A model generated the notes under the pieces. The model saw only the letters and a program-made list of their open reading frames with translations, was not told the origin of the DNA and did no database searches. Shown one piece after another: positions 1-12,535 of a stretch of DNA of 64,000 nt. The DNA comes from Cenococcum geophilum (taxonomy: Eukaryota): the NCBI GenBank assembly GCA_050273025.1, contig CP158636.1:11594001-11658000 (forward strand), in the 5' to 3' direction. A program made the position numbers and the translations under genes. Numbering within the stretch: position 1 is the stretch's first letter; the number at the start of each line of letters is the position of its first letter.

Positions 1-78
1 TGTACACTAGGTAGATTGCTTGCTAGATCTTCACGAATGGGCTTGGGATAGGTAGTTTGAGCTCTGCACAATACCACT

Positions 79-108
79 GTTTCTCGCATCAAAGTTTCTC
101 GCATCAAA
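79..108. repeat. 15-bp perfect tandem duplication (gtttctcgcatcaaa x2)
   Basis: Two adjacent identical copies at 79-93 and 94-108, upstream of the dynactin gene. Confidence 0.9.
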
Positions 109-270
109 TCCACCATGGGTGCCGGTGGCTTCCCTTCGTCGACAACTCCCGATCACATGCTCTCGCGACCTCGCGTCCAGCCCTAAACGCATGCCACCCC
201 AACATCTGTCCAATCTCTCTCGTCTCGCAACTCACCACCAGCAAACACCAACAAGCACTCAGCACCCACA

Positions 271-1087
271 ATGGCCGACCCCACCGCATCCACCAAACGC
301 CCCGCCCCCACCGTCAAGCGCGCCTCAAGCGCCCTCCCCAAACCTTCCTCCCTCGTCATCGACCCTTCCGCCATCATCGCCCAGCACGCCGTGATAACAG
401 GCACGCAGCCCATCACCATCGGGCCGCACGCGGTGCTGCATCCGCACGGCAAAGTCACGTCAGGCACGGCGCCGGTGGTGGTCGGGGAGGGTTGCGTAGT
501 ATTCGAGAAGGCGGTGGTAGGGGTGGGGTTGCGGGATAGTTTCGCGGCACGGGGGGAGAGCAGGGCGGACGGGGTGGTGCTGGGCCGGAACGTGGTTGTC
601 GAGACGGGGGCGGTGGTGGAGGCGGCGGAGGTGGGCGAGGGGACGGTGGTGGAGGCCGGGGCGAGGTTGGGGGCGGGCGTTGTGGTTGGGAAGGTATGTG
701 TCTCTGTGTGCGTTCCGTCTTCCTCCCCCTCGCATGCGTGGTGGCGGTGCGATGTCAATTGCATTTTTGTCTCGTTTCGGGTCGTGGGGTTTTGCTATGT
801 GGCCCTCTTTTTTTCTTTTCCTTTTGTTTTTTTGGGAGGGTGTGTTCGTGTGCATATGGCTGGGTGCTTACGCGTGTCTGTAGTTCTGCACGATAACTGC
901 GTCTACAACCATCTCACCGCATTCTCATCTCCCGGACTATACAGTCGCGTACGGGCCCTCTGAGCGCCGGATCGACACGACGATGCGAGCAAGGGCCGAC
1001 TTACGAGAGACCAAAATGCTCATGCATGGGAAGCAAATTGATGTGTTTCGGAAGCTGATCCCGAATAATGTGGCGAAGTGGCAATGA
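271..1087 (+). CDS. DCTN6: Dynactin subunit 6 (p27)-like, left-handed beta-helix (LpxA-like) protein
   Basis: Exons 271-693 and 884-1087 (GTATGT...TGTAG intron). Hexapeptide repeats (ITIGPHAVLHP, VVVGEGCVVFE, VVLGRNVVVE, EVGEGTVVE). Exon 2 reads FCTITASTTISPHSHLPDYTVAYG...LIPNNVAKWQ*. Confidence 0.8.
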
Positions 1088-2863
1088 GGAGTAGAGTTAC
1101 AGAGTGCCAGGAGAGTTCGCTAAACCAAGAGGATGTTGAAAGGACGTTCATTGATATATCATTTGGGTCAAACCAGAAAATGAGCCTGCTCTGTCAAGAG
1201 AGTAGGGCAGAGGTGACTCACGGAGCGATCACGGATTGAGGGTTAAGAGAGGCTTGGATGAACTTGGATGGATTTGGCAGCTGTCCCTCATGACACCCAG
1301 TCAGGGATGCAGTGTTCAGGTCTTGTCTACTTTGGCCTTGAAACGGGTCACTTAGGAGTATCGACATCTAGCAGCCACTGGTTATTCCTCGAAGGCACCA
1401 GTTATGAAGGAGCATCAGTACAGACTTGATATGTCAAAAGCGTGCATGTCGCACCGGATATTGTGAATTTGGGAAGTTAAGTGAGAATAGTATCTCACAG
1501 ATAACTACAGCATCCTTGTACGCTGTTATGTCGTACACCCCACTTTTGGTGTTCTAATTGTGTCTTCATGAATGGCTTCGGATGCATAAGAGAAACGGTC
1601 ACAACGTTTGTTTATCTTCAGACGGTTGTACAAAAACCCACATGGCTTGACGATAAACAAACGGGCCCTCACATGTTACCCTTGACCAGGTCTCTCCCAG
1701 TAGCATAGTAGTGAATAGACCATGTGCTGCCCTTCGCTTCTCTAGATGACTGCATTTGAAATTAAAAAATAATAAAAATAGATCCCATGATGGTTCTATC
1801 TGTGACAATGTCTAAATCATTGATGTTACATCTCTGCTGTTCAGGAAAGTAAAACAAATGGACAGAGCATCAACTCCTGTCTCGGTAATTCCAAAGCGGT
1901 TAGAACGGTAGTGAGAGTATGGTGGAGAACAAATACCGCAACACAAACGTTTAGGAGGTTTTAAGTGCATACGAATTCCTAGCTCTGGAGGAAGAGTGAT
2001 GTAATTTGATGTCCGATGTTCCGACGTCCAGCTACATCAGTGATGCTGTCATACACACTGTGGCAGCCGACCCATCTGGCCCCGTCTAGATCCGCACGGT
2101 TATTCCAGTAACCAGTCACTATGCACGCAGCAGCGATAAGAAACCCTTGGGTGTGAGAAGATTAAGTGCGAACCAGTCCGTCACCCTGACGTTAACGAAC
2201 TCCGAATCCCGACCGTCTGGTCCCAGGTCCCATGACTTAGTTTTATTTTAGTGAAGATTTCGTGAATTGACCGTCTTTGAAGTCCATGTCTAAATCGTGA
2301 TATGTATGAGTATTAATATTACAGATCGCAGCCCTTGAGGGTGCAACATGACTGTGTAGATACCCAATCTAACCCATCATCATGCTAACTCATCAAAAGA
2401 TATCCGAATACGATCCGAATAAGAGAGATATGTAAAGTGAATGCATGCAGCAGTTGTCCACCTAATCCATGATAACAAAGGGAAAAAATAATACCCTGCA
2501 AGTGCACCTAAAAGCTCCAGGAACACCTTGCTATCGCACAAGGGTAAGGATGGGTATCAGACTATGGGACCCCCAGAATAACGGAACAAAATCCCGTTAA
2601 CACCGAAGAGAAAGTTTTTGGAGCTGTCAACAAAAGAAATTGAGAGGTATTGAGTAGTGCTACGGGACCCAATATGCCCGCTTTCATCAATGTCATAGGA
2701 CGAGTTTCGATTGACCATTATCAGTCGGCTGGCCAAAGCAGCGAGCCTATTCCCATCACTGTCGTCTATCCACGACCGCCCAGTTCCGATCGTTAGACCA
2801 ACCAGAGAAGCCCCGATGAATTGAAACCCAGCCCATAACTCAAGGAAAGCATGTCAATTCAAC

Positions 2864-5800
2864 CTATATCCCGTGGATCCTTCCGCTGTCAAAATCTCGC
2901 CAGCCACCCAGGCTACCCCAAGCAGCAAGGACATCTTCACTCACACTGCAGCGTGTGCTGACAGTGCTGGGAGCGATACTCTCCCGCTTTGCGGTACTGA
3001 TCTCTCGACTTAAGCGAGATGCCTTACTAACACGGCTTTCCCTCACAGAGCGCTCTCGCGTGGTAGGGGTAGTGGGAGAGGTGATGGAAATGAAGCTCGT
3101 CCGACCGCTGCGGTTTGCAGCGGCGATACTGCTTGTACGGCTGGGCGCTCGGATACGCAGACTCTTTTGTTCAGTGGGATAGAGCTGCGATACCTCTGAA
3201 CTCTCTGCAATATCGAATTGGGCATGCTGGAACTGGTGCATAACATGTTTCTGGCTGCACTTGTCCGACCCTTGTCGTTCCTGGGGCTTCTGGCTTCCAT
3301 CGATTCCGTATACAACCTCTGCGCCGCTGCTTGCCGTGCGTCGGCGAGTTCGTATGCTGGAATAGCTTGTGCGGTTTCGCTCATGATCTTTCTCGGCACT
3401 GTTGATGAATGACTCTACAATGCCCGTAGAACTGATGCCCATTTCCTCATCTCCATTGCAGCTAGGTTCGCTGCCAGCGACTTTAACATGGACGTCTAGT
3501 TCACCACTACGGGGACCAGGCGTTACAGGCGAAGGAAGAGGAGATGCATGACTGACGGTTGTAGGTGAAGCCATGCTGGCTGTGGTGGGAGTCCGGATCG
3601 GAGATTGGAAGGGGTCTAAGGGAGAGAAGTTAAGGGCTGGCGAGAGGTGGTAGGGAAGGCCTGCTAGTGAGTCTGAGCTTGCGAGGAAGTGGTTATGTGA
3701 CGGAGCATTAGAATCTGATGAGGACGTATCGCGAAGCATACCGCTCACCACCGTTGATGAAGTTTTCCGGGGCTGTCGGGGTCGTCCACGAGATGGAGGC
3801 ACTGATCCGGGAGAGGTCAATGTATCAGATCCGGACAAAGACGCTCGCCCCGAATGTGTAGAGGCAGGCCTTGGGAAACTATTTATCATTCCACTGGATG
3901 GACTGTCCATTGTCAAGAAGCCCGAAGTACGAGGCATACTCTCATAGTTTGTGGGCGTCGGTGTATCACGTCTCTGCAACTGGAGCTGTTCTTTCTTTAA
4001 TGCGGTTTTATAACCTTGGGTGAAACTGTGCTTGGCCATGGCCGCTCGTTTCCGACGCATCATCTCAAGTAATGCTTCCTCTTCCTCAGTAACTGCCATC
4101 AACTTATGTTGCTCGTTTCGAGTGAGCGGCTCGCTCATTGATGTTCCTCCACTGCGCAAGCTGGCATTAATAGAAGACGGCGACATAGGAGGACCAGTCG
4201 GAGTCGAGTTGCTAGCGCTTGAAGTTCGTGGACGTGTCTCGTCCTCAGGGATTGCCGATGGCTGGCGACTGTGGGTGGATTTTTTGTTGCGGCTGTGTCT
4301 AGGAAGAGCTAGATATGACGGATGCGCTTCTGGCGATAGCATAACATCAATCGGGGCAGCATTAGTAGAAGATGATCGCATGTTGGAATTTGATTCTAAT
4401 GGAGGTCTTTTCTGTTTTGCCGCACCACTCGTTTTGGTTCGTGGGTTGACTTCAAAAGCATGTGCTTTGCCAATAATAATCTCGCCTGAAACATCTGTTG
4501 ACCTAGCTAGGCTATCTCTTAGGACGGGGAATTTCTTAGGGGATTCTTCGTATTCTTCATCAGATGATGACATGGATAGGATGCTAGAATCCTGTAAATT
4601 AGAGGTGGAAAATTTGCTCTCTTTCGTCTTTGCGGAAGTAGCCGTAGTATGGCTCGTGATGGAATGCAAACTGGGCGAATTTCGGCGATGGGAACGGACT
4701 TGAGAACTTTCGGCGAAAACATCCTTTCCGCGAGAAGTCTGAGATCGATCCTTCTTAGGGGCCTCAACTTCCGTCATCAATACTCGTCCCAAAGAACTTT
4801 TTCTCACGGGCGCCAAATTTGGCGCGCGAATATTCATTGGTAGCGGTGGCGAATCAGGTTCTTCCATATAGTCATCATTGTCTTCTTCGAGCCCATCGAA
4901 CCAATGTTGAATCCCCCGGGGTGGTCGTCTGACGTTTATCTTGGCATTATCGTATATGTCTCTTTGGAATGACTTTTCTTTGGATGACTTTTTACGAGGC
5001 GCAGCATGAGACTTTTCAGAATGCTTCGTACTTTTGGTTGAACGCGCCCTTGGCTCAGGTGCAGGGCTTGGTGCATTTCGTGGAAAGTATTCAGATGTGT
5101 CTGACAACGGAAGCGGAGAGTTTACGAGTTTATTTGGCGATAGCAGAGCCTCGCTGTGGGCTCCTCCCGGTCCCTTGGGCTTTGGAAACAACTTCGAAAG
5201 GTCCAGTCGTGCTGGCCTATGCTTTCTACCTTGTTTCTTCAATTTTTCTGTGTTATTCTGAGACTCATGATCATTGATATAAGTGCTGCTGTGCTCGCCT
5301 TTTTCTACTATAGGTGGATAGCCTTTTCGTAACGCCATGTCCCGAACCGCGGAGGCAGAAGTTTGTTGTGAAACTGCCAAGGGAGATTTCTGTGCATCGT
5401 AGTATGACTGTAGGGTTGACGATGAAGCTTGGGTGTGTATTCGCCTGGTGTTGGAGCTACCAATAGAGCCGGAGCGTCCCCTCTCGTCATCGTATATTCC
5501 TCCCAGGATATTTGAAGACGGACAAGGACGCAGGCTCTGCAGACTCCGCCATCGTGGAGGAATGATGATGTCTTCTACTGCGGTCGAGGAAGCTCTATCT
5601 GCGTAATCCGAGCCAAAACTAGCCTCAGAAAGAGTGACAGTCATGTAACTAGGGCTTTGTGGAGGGTTGGATACGGGTATAGGCGTGGAACGTAATGATG
5701 GTTTGGACCTCGTGGCCTGACGAATGGCAAGATGGGAAGTCCCGAGCAGTCTCTCTACTTTCGAAGGCTGTGCTGGGTCTTGCTCGCGTGGTGTCCGGTC

Positions 5801-5869
5801 GTCCGTATCCTTTTGGCCGCGATGCCTACGACCTGGTATGGGGAAGGAGAATTTGGATGCTCGGCCCAT
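2864..5869 (-). CDS. Hypothetical Ser/Arg/Pro-rich, largely disordered protein (1001 aa)
   Basis: Single long ORF with short ordered-looking islands (PARLDLSKLFPKP, NVRRPPRGIQHWFDG, AVTEEEEALLEMMRRKR, SVSEDVLAAWGSLGG). No domain recognised. Confidence 0.85.
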   Translation of the reverse strand: MGRASKFSFPIPGRRHRGQKDTDDRTPREQDPAQPSKVERLLGTSHLAIRQATRSKPSLRSTPIPVSNPPQSPSYMTVTLSEASFGSDYADRASSTAVEDIIIPPRWRSLQSLRPCPSSNILGGIYDDERGRSGSIGSSNTRRIHTQASSSTLQSYYDAQKSPLAVSQQTSASAVRDMALRKGYPPIVEKGEHSSTYINDHESQNNTEKLKKQGRKHRPARLDLSKLFPKPKGPGGAHSEALLSPNKLVNSPLPLSDTSEYFPRNAPSPAPEPRARSTKSTKHSEKSHAAPRKKSSKEKSFQRDIYDNAKINVRRPPRGIQHWFDGLEEDNDDYMEEPDSPPLPMNIRAPNLAPVRKSSLGRVLMTEVEAPKKDRSQTSRGKDVFAESSQVRSHRRNSPSLHSITSHTTATSAKTKESKFSTSNLQDSSILSMSSSDEEYEESPKKFPVLRDSLARSTDVSGEIIIGKAHAFEVNPRTKTSGAAKQKRPPLESNSNMRSSSTNAAPIDVMLSPEAHPSYLALPRHSRNKKSTHSRQPSAIPEDETRPRTSSASNSTPTGPPMSPSSINASLRSGGTSMSEPLTRNEQHKLMAVTEEEEALLEMMRRKRAAMAKHSFTQGYKTALKKEQLQLQRRDTPTPTNYESMPRTSGFLTMDSPSSGMINSFPRPASTHSGRASLSGSDTLTSPGSVPPSRGRPRQPRKTSSTVVSGMLRDTSSSDSNAPSHNHFLASSDSLAGLPYHLSPALNFSPLDPFQSPIRTPTTASMASPTTVSHASPLPSPVTPGPRSGELDVHVKVAGSEPSCNGDEEMGISSTGIVESFINSAEKDHERNRTSYSSIRTRRRTASSGAEVVYGIDGSQKPQERQGSDKCSQKHVMHQFQHAQFDIAESSEVSQLYPTEQKSLRIRAPSRTSSIAAANRSGRTSFISITSPTTPTTRERSVRESRVSKASRLSREISTAKRESIAPSTVSTRCSVSEDVLAAWGSLGGWRDFDSGRIHGI

Positions 5870-8800
5870 GTTGGGATAGAAATGGGCGGGCGATGTAGGG
5901 TGAGGAAAACGCTGTCAAAGTCAATTGAGGCTTCAGATCAGGTGGGATAGTTGAAGATGAAGGTTGAGGAGCGAATTGAAGAATACCTGTGCGGAGATTC
6001 CAGCTACCAGAGCATATCTGATTTCTACTGCAGAAATGGCAATGCACCACGATGGCGCCGTTGGAGGTAGCCGTAACCAAGCAGGCCGAGCACTCAGGAC
6101 ATGCAACGGTCACGGCGCATGTTGTATGCGTGTCGCCGTCTGAGACCGCGAGGTGGCCGTGGAGGGCTTAAAGGAGTCTTTTTCAGGTACGCTAGGAGAT
6201 CGACGGGATGCTAGGCACGGATAGAGAGCGGCTACTACTCGACTCGAGAGCACATTGATAAAGCGCCATCCGAGCTCTTTCTAGGCCCCCAGTTCTAATA
6301 TTCCAGCCGCGGTGGTTAAGGGCCGACAGCCGTGCCCAGGGTGATTGGCTTCCTGTCCCGAGCACTGGCAAAACAGCTGGCTTTGGGGCTGGCCGAACAA
6401 CACGCATCTTGCGACGACCGCATTGGCTCCGGGTGGCACGCGTCAGGGGGAACCTCGTCGCGACAAGCAAAGCGGTCAGGGAAGAGAGCCAGGGGTAACA
6501 CCAGGGGTTCTTGGTGGCCGATCGACAGGCGCCAACAACGCCATCATTCGTGCCAAACTGCCTCTTCGGACGCCCGCTTTGCCGCTTCGAGCTGGCGCAG
6601 AGGAGGCCATGGAGTTGGCGTCACCGCGACAAGCATTCACGATGCCCACCATCAGGATGCATCAGAGCTACGCACAGCTACCAACAGCTACATACCTGAG
6701 ATGTGAGGCAAAAGTCCATGCCCTTATGCCGTGCGGAGGTCACCCGGTCGCTAAAGCGAGAAGTGTCTGCAGCTTGCTCTTCATGCGAAATGCTGCTGGC
6801 CATGGTACGGAGCAAGACAAATTGGTCCACTCGGCGATCAGCTTGGCAAGCCTCCAAAAAGAAAATACTAGGTAAGTCCATCTCCCTTAACCCTTTAGCA
6901 TTCCGATGATGATGGATTCTATGGCGAGCAGCGCGGAATTCGTCTTCGTTCTCGGCAGCTTTTTACGAGCATGCCGCTTTCCGATGTTGCCTTTGTTCCG
7001 CTCTGCTGCCATATGAGAGATTGGGCCCACAGGAACCATAGGCTTGGTACTCGTATTGCTGGGCAGGACTGAGGCAGGGCGCAAGATTAATTGGGACGAT
7101 CATGGCCAGGCGATCAGTTTGCAAAATCCGCGGTGTCCCCTGATTGCTTCGAATTTTAAGCCATGAATAGTGCCATGTCCCACGGCTGGTCCCGTCTTCG
7201 CCAATCTCACCTTCGAATTTCTCCAGGTTTGTTTGCTTTTCTCATTGCCACCAGGGATTCATCCCGTCATTGTTAGCTGATGCTTTAGCCAAGCACACGC
7301 GCTTGGCTGCTCTCGGTCCTGCCATCATGTCTACGGCGTAGTAGAAATGAGATGGCCGTGTCCCGTTGCCTTTAATGAATACTCTTCATGCCATTTTCAA
7401 CATTTCAATAAAATGGTATAGCTTGATCCTTCAAAACAACTAGAGGATAGTGGTGGGTCAGAAGACCACGTCCAAGGCGTACTTTAGTCACCAAACATGT
7501 CTCTCAACAACCGTGCTCTGAGATCGATGTTTCAAGCCGTCTCCTACTTACAGCCACCTACTTAAACTATTTCCATTATTAGGGTGGGAAGCCTTGTCAA
7601 TTATCCCCGATGACGGCTACTATGCATCTTCCTGAAGGATTTCTGTATCGAATCTTTTTTACTTTTCCTAATCTTACCTTTGCTCTAAGCACATGTCTGT
7701 GGCCTTAGCGAGCATGAACAGTGATTACTCACGCTAAATGAAAGTGCATTCGAAGCTCACTAGACAATACTTGAGACTTAGGGTAATCATAGTGGTAGAG
7801 CTCAACCTTCCGGTCCTTTTATTTTCCTGCTGAATTGCACACCCATTTTACAACTATGTCTTCGATTGGATTATCTTAGAGAGCTTTTTGGACGAATGAA
7901 TAACACTCGGGAGAGCTAGTATCATGTTACTGTCAACGGCCTCCGAATTCCTTTTCCTCAACCGGCAAGTCTGTGGCTTCAGCCTTGTAGTAGCTCACAT
8001 TGCGGCGATTGGGCTAAAGACTTCATTCCGATATCTCTCGGATTCTAGGGCTGAAAAACTAACACCTAAGCTCCGTCTCAGAATATCTTGACATGGCCAA
8101 TTTTCGTGTCTCATACATAAGCACCTCTGATCTGATCGGTGGCTTCATGTTCAAGAACATTCTGAGCCAAAATAGAGGACGTTCGTACACTACCCTTTTC
8201 ACTTTCCCTTTCTCAGTCCCATAGTTCCGAGGCGATACCTCATCGGAGGCGCAGCGAAAGCTTGGTATGCCTGGTAGATTTGGCTAATGCAGTTTTCAAC
8301 CCAAACTTGCTAGACTTACGCAAGGATGGTGCTCACTCCTGTTTACCACAATGGCTTGACTGCAATATACATGTGTCTGTATACCAAGCTTAGCCCGCAC
8401 GTGCAGTGCTAACTGTGCTATCGTAACTTCACTTTCTCAAAGTAAATCCCGACACCGCCACTTATCATTGAACGCTTCCTAAATTGCATCCTCCTGCCTA
8501 ACGCTGCGAAGCACTATTCTGTACCACTTTCATCACTACTTCAGTCATTACCTCATTCCATGTCATTCCGTCATCCGGGACTCCGCACGCCCGCGACTCG
8601 GGCCGTGGCCGTTGAAACAGATCTTGTGCACCCCAGTCCCTTGCTCCACCCCATCTACACCGTCCAATCGCCTTCCTTCGCCGCGCCATTCTGCCCACCG
8701 CTCATCGACGCCCTCGACGCTTTCAATATCGCCCTACAACGGGTCCACGACATCGCAACAGCAGGCTGCAATCATCCGACGCAATGCCACGTTCCTCAAC

Positions 8801-9396
8801 ACGGAAAATAATTCCAATCAATATGAAACGGCCTGCACCATGGGCTAGAACGCCTGCATGCACAGCGCGTTCACCAAGCTTCCGCCCGACGATCTCGACC
8901 CCCCGCGACGCTGAAAAAAATGCAGAAAACGAAACTCCACCACTCTGCATTGTGGTAATTATTTGATTTGCCTCCATCATTCTGGGTGTCTGCGTTTTGC
9001 GATTCACGCAATGCAGGAGGCTGACTCGGGATCTGAGCGCCACGCTGCACGGCACGCGGTCATGCAGCTGTCCTTTCACATGAGGGAATTCTTAACGAGG
9101 CGCATGCGAGAACTGCCGTGCTACGTTCTATCGGAAGAAAGCCAAAAAAAAATATGACCCGATAACATACACTCTATTAAAACAAATTTGTAGAACCACT
9201 TGCTCGGTGAATATGCACTAGTTGCATGCTTGTTTCTCAAGAAAAAAAAAGCAGGATGCTGGGAGGATACCTGCCCCGAATTCAAACCCAGTAAAACATA
9301 GTAAAAGTAAACCTGTTGAGCAAAAAATTTTGAGCATGTAATATTATCCCCCGCTATGCCTTTCATAGCCTTGGTCAGATTTTCTCCTAGGTTAGC

Positions 9397-12300
9397 TCAG
9401 AGTATGTTCAAACGCCCCAGCTTTGATGCGGGAGAAGGGGTGAGGTAGTCCCCGATATTAATCAACCCGCTGGTCATTGAGCTTTTCATTCTCATTCTTT
9501 TTGAGCCCGGTGTTGTCGAATCAAGAGTATCTTTGCCATGTCTACCTCTTTTCTTACCTGGTGTTTCCGGAGCAGCAAATTGGCTTAGGGAATCACTAGA
9601 GTTAATATCTTGTGAAGAACTGGGAACGGTGCTGCGGTGACGAAGGGAATATCTTGTAGCCTGGCTGACATCTGCTAGCATCGCAGAGACATGCGGAGCA
9701 GCCTGGCGGGCCATAATGGCAGCCGTGCGGGTTGGTTGAGGGCGGAGCGAGAAGGACAGAATAGGTGTTGGAGGGACTACTGATTGCTCGTCTTGCGTTT
9801 CATCAGGGTCTGTGAGTGAACTCTTATTGTCGATTTCCGTCGAATCCTGAATTTCTTCAGAGGCTTGCGGTGCTAATGGGGGCTGCGTTGTTAGGTTTGT
9901 CTCTGGCGGCAGCTCTTTTAGAGGCGGCAGTTCGAACTGCAAGGAGTCAGCCGTTTTGATAAGAGACAGGCAACATGTATCTACATACATGGTGAGCAAT
10001 CTTTGCCAATGGATCATAATACTCTTTGATCATGTTTGAGAATGCAGGTTCAGCTTTGACAGCGCTAAACTTAGGTTTCCCTGTCAAACCGAAGTCCTTC
10101 TTCTTAGAGCCAGGGGTGGCCACAAGATATCCTTGCCTGCGGAGGTGGCTTGCAACTCTGCTTGCTGTTTGGAGATCACAATCTAGTAAGAAAAGAATTA
10201 GTACATGAATACAAGAATTTATCCTGTTAAGGATAACTGAGACAGAAATCGCTTACGCAACGCAGACGAGAAGCTACGGTCGTTCGAATAGCCCTCCGCC
10301 TCAATAATGTGGACTCCGCGCCTCAACAGTGCAAGGTCTTTGAGTTCGCGAAGAAGAGGTCCTTCTTTCTCTTCTAACAGACATTGATAGCATGCGTGAA
10401 TCGCTGGTACCCTTAGATCATCAGAGCCCCGGTATCCATAGCAATGGAGATGCTGCCAAGTGTCGCAGAAGCTGCAATTGATCTGTATCAGTCAGCTAAG
10501 ATCGGCCAGATGGTTGCTAGTAAAACAGACCATGTCATCTTCTTCTTCGTTCCATCCACATTGGCAAACAATGATGTCAAGCTCCTTCATTGGATCTGTA
10601 GATGCGGACCGTCTGCGCAGATTGTGGGCTTCCTTTCCCGGTGGAAAGAGAGCATTCCTCCGAACCTCTAACTCATTGATTTTTTGCTGCGAAATTTGGA
10701 GAGTTGGCATTTGGCTGAAAATATTGTCATGTGTTTTTGCACGACCCGGAGATAGCATGACTTGTTGCGTATCTTCGAGGCTTTGCCCTTGGGTAGAAGG
10801 CTCCAGCTGCTCAATTATATATAGTTAGCGCACGACTACTGCGATGTTTCTATATAGACCATTAGGCGGCGGGGTTTTGGCATATTGGCCAATGTTATGG
10901 CATTATATCCTGCTATTCGTGGAAGACATTGATTTGGGATTGAGGAGAGAAAAAGAGCATACCATGTGCTGGAGCTGTTTCTTGATCTGTAGGTCTCCAG
11001 GCAATTGAATCGGGGTTTGACTTTCGCTGTCCTTTGCAAGAAGAGCATTGATATCAATGATTTGAGCTGCCGGCGGACTCGCATATTCTGCTCGCATTGA
11101 GTGATCAACATTTCCTAGTGGGGGTCTCGTTGCTTCAAAACCACCCTCTCTGTTTATTGCACGTTCGCTTTGCTGTCCAAGCTTCTCGGCAAGTTTATGG
11201 CTAGACGTTCGTACGCTTCGTAATGCGTCGGATATGCTGTCCATACGCCGGCTATGGTCTGCCTGCTTTCTTATATCAAATTCGGACGCTTTCTCTTGGC
11301 TCAATGGCCTTGAAACATCAACTGTGTGCGTGTCGATATCGTCTTCCCTTAATGCTGGAGCGGTATACGCGAGACGATTTGGAATCTGGAGATTTCCTTC
11401 CCCGTCCTCATTGACAGCCTCGCTCCGTGCGGTTAGATGAAGATGTGATACTTTAAGACTAACAGTATGAAAGCCTGCATCCATTCCTCCGCAATTCGAA
11501 GTTGCTTTCTTCCATTCTTTAGTCTCAGGGAAGACGACCTTGTTGTCGTTAGATTTGTTGAAACCTGGGGGTTCGTATTCTGGGTCGCATTCGTCGGTAT
11601 AGAAGAGGTGCATATTCAAATAACGCTTTTGTGGAAGGTCAGGTAGCGTCCCACAAAGAGCTATTAACCTTCGAATGAACATCTGCATTGCATATTTTGC
11701 ATTTTTTACCGTAACTGCTTCGCCACGTGGGCCCTTCATCTCCATTCCAGAAAGTACAACGCCATTGCCAGAAGAGTGGATGTAGTTAAACGTAAAGGTA
11801 TAAGTTTCGACGACATTAGATGGGATTTTAGCATCTTCGAAGATATTGAGCTGTATCGCCCGTAATACGTTGCGTTGCAATGCTTCGAAGGCACCTCTCT
11901 CCTACCCATTCCGTTAGTAACTCTCTGAACCTCGATTAGGGAACACCACGTGTGTGTGAAAGTAAGAAAGCGTTTCTGAGAAAGGTCGCAGCCGCTAGCT
12001 TACCAGCCAGTCAAGCAGTTGGTCGACACCTTTGCTTCTGCCTCGTCTTAGCACCTTCATGCTCGTACCATGACGCCTATAGGTAGCCTTCTCCTTGCCC
12101 CTAGCACTGCCCTGACCTGCGGTGTCCCTAGGAACATGTTTGCCTTCGGCATAATCACCATAGGACCAGTGAAGATCATTCATCTCGTAGAACTGGTCAT
12201 CAAAGCAGCTTTCGGCAAAAAGGTTTCTACAGTGGAATTGAGCAAAGGGCGACAGAATTAGGGAGAGACAGTGATTTCACCTTAAGTACGAGAGGCAGCT

Positions 12301-12535
12301 TATCTAAAGGCTGATTGTTAGCAAGATGTTTTACTTTGGAGTGGTGTTCACTTACCGAGCCGTGAAGGAGAGTTTCTACCACTTCCGTACTCTGCTGCTG
12401 CTCAATGATTTGTGCAGATGCGACTGTAGTTACCTCCGCAGTTCGCTGAGCCGAATTTGCAACAGGGGCTTGCTTCGTCTCAAGCGGTGCTGTTGCGCCT
12501 CGGGGTCGGACCTTGGTAGCTTGGCTGCGTGCCAT
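9397..12535 (-). CDS. HOP1: Meiotic chromosome axis protein Hop1 (HORMA domain + PHD finger), about 866 aa
   Basis: Eight exons join in frame: 12535-12356, 12303-12281, 12226-12004, 11901-10963, 10806-10531, 10482-10257, 10182-9989, 9936-9397. HORMA signatures ISCLSYLRNLF, LLDWLERGAFEAL, VVETYTFTF, LPDLP..RYLNMHLFY..YEPPGF. PHD finger CQCG..INCSFCDTWQHLHCYG..HACYQC. Confidence 0.9.

Noticed and set aside
1100..2300. Possible gene relic on the minus strand downstream of the dynactin gene
   Set aside because: Only short interrupted frames with no recognisable family; cannot be supported without a search.
6192..7084. Several overlapping 60-176 aa ORFs upstream of the 1001-aa gene
   Set aside because: GC-rich promoter/5'UTR sequence gives open frames on both strands with no protein-like features.
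7781..7820. tRNA-like D-arm sequence tagtggtagagc
   Set aside because: No T-arm (GTTCRA) or acceptor stem follows.
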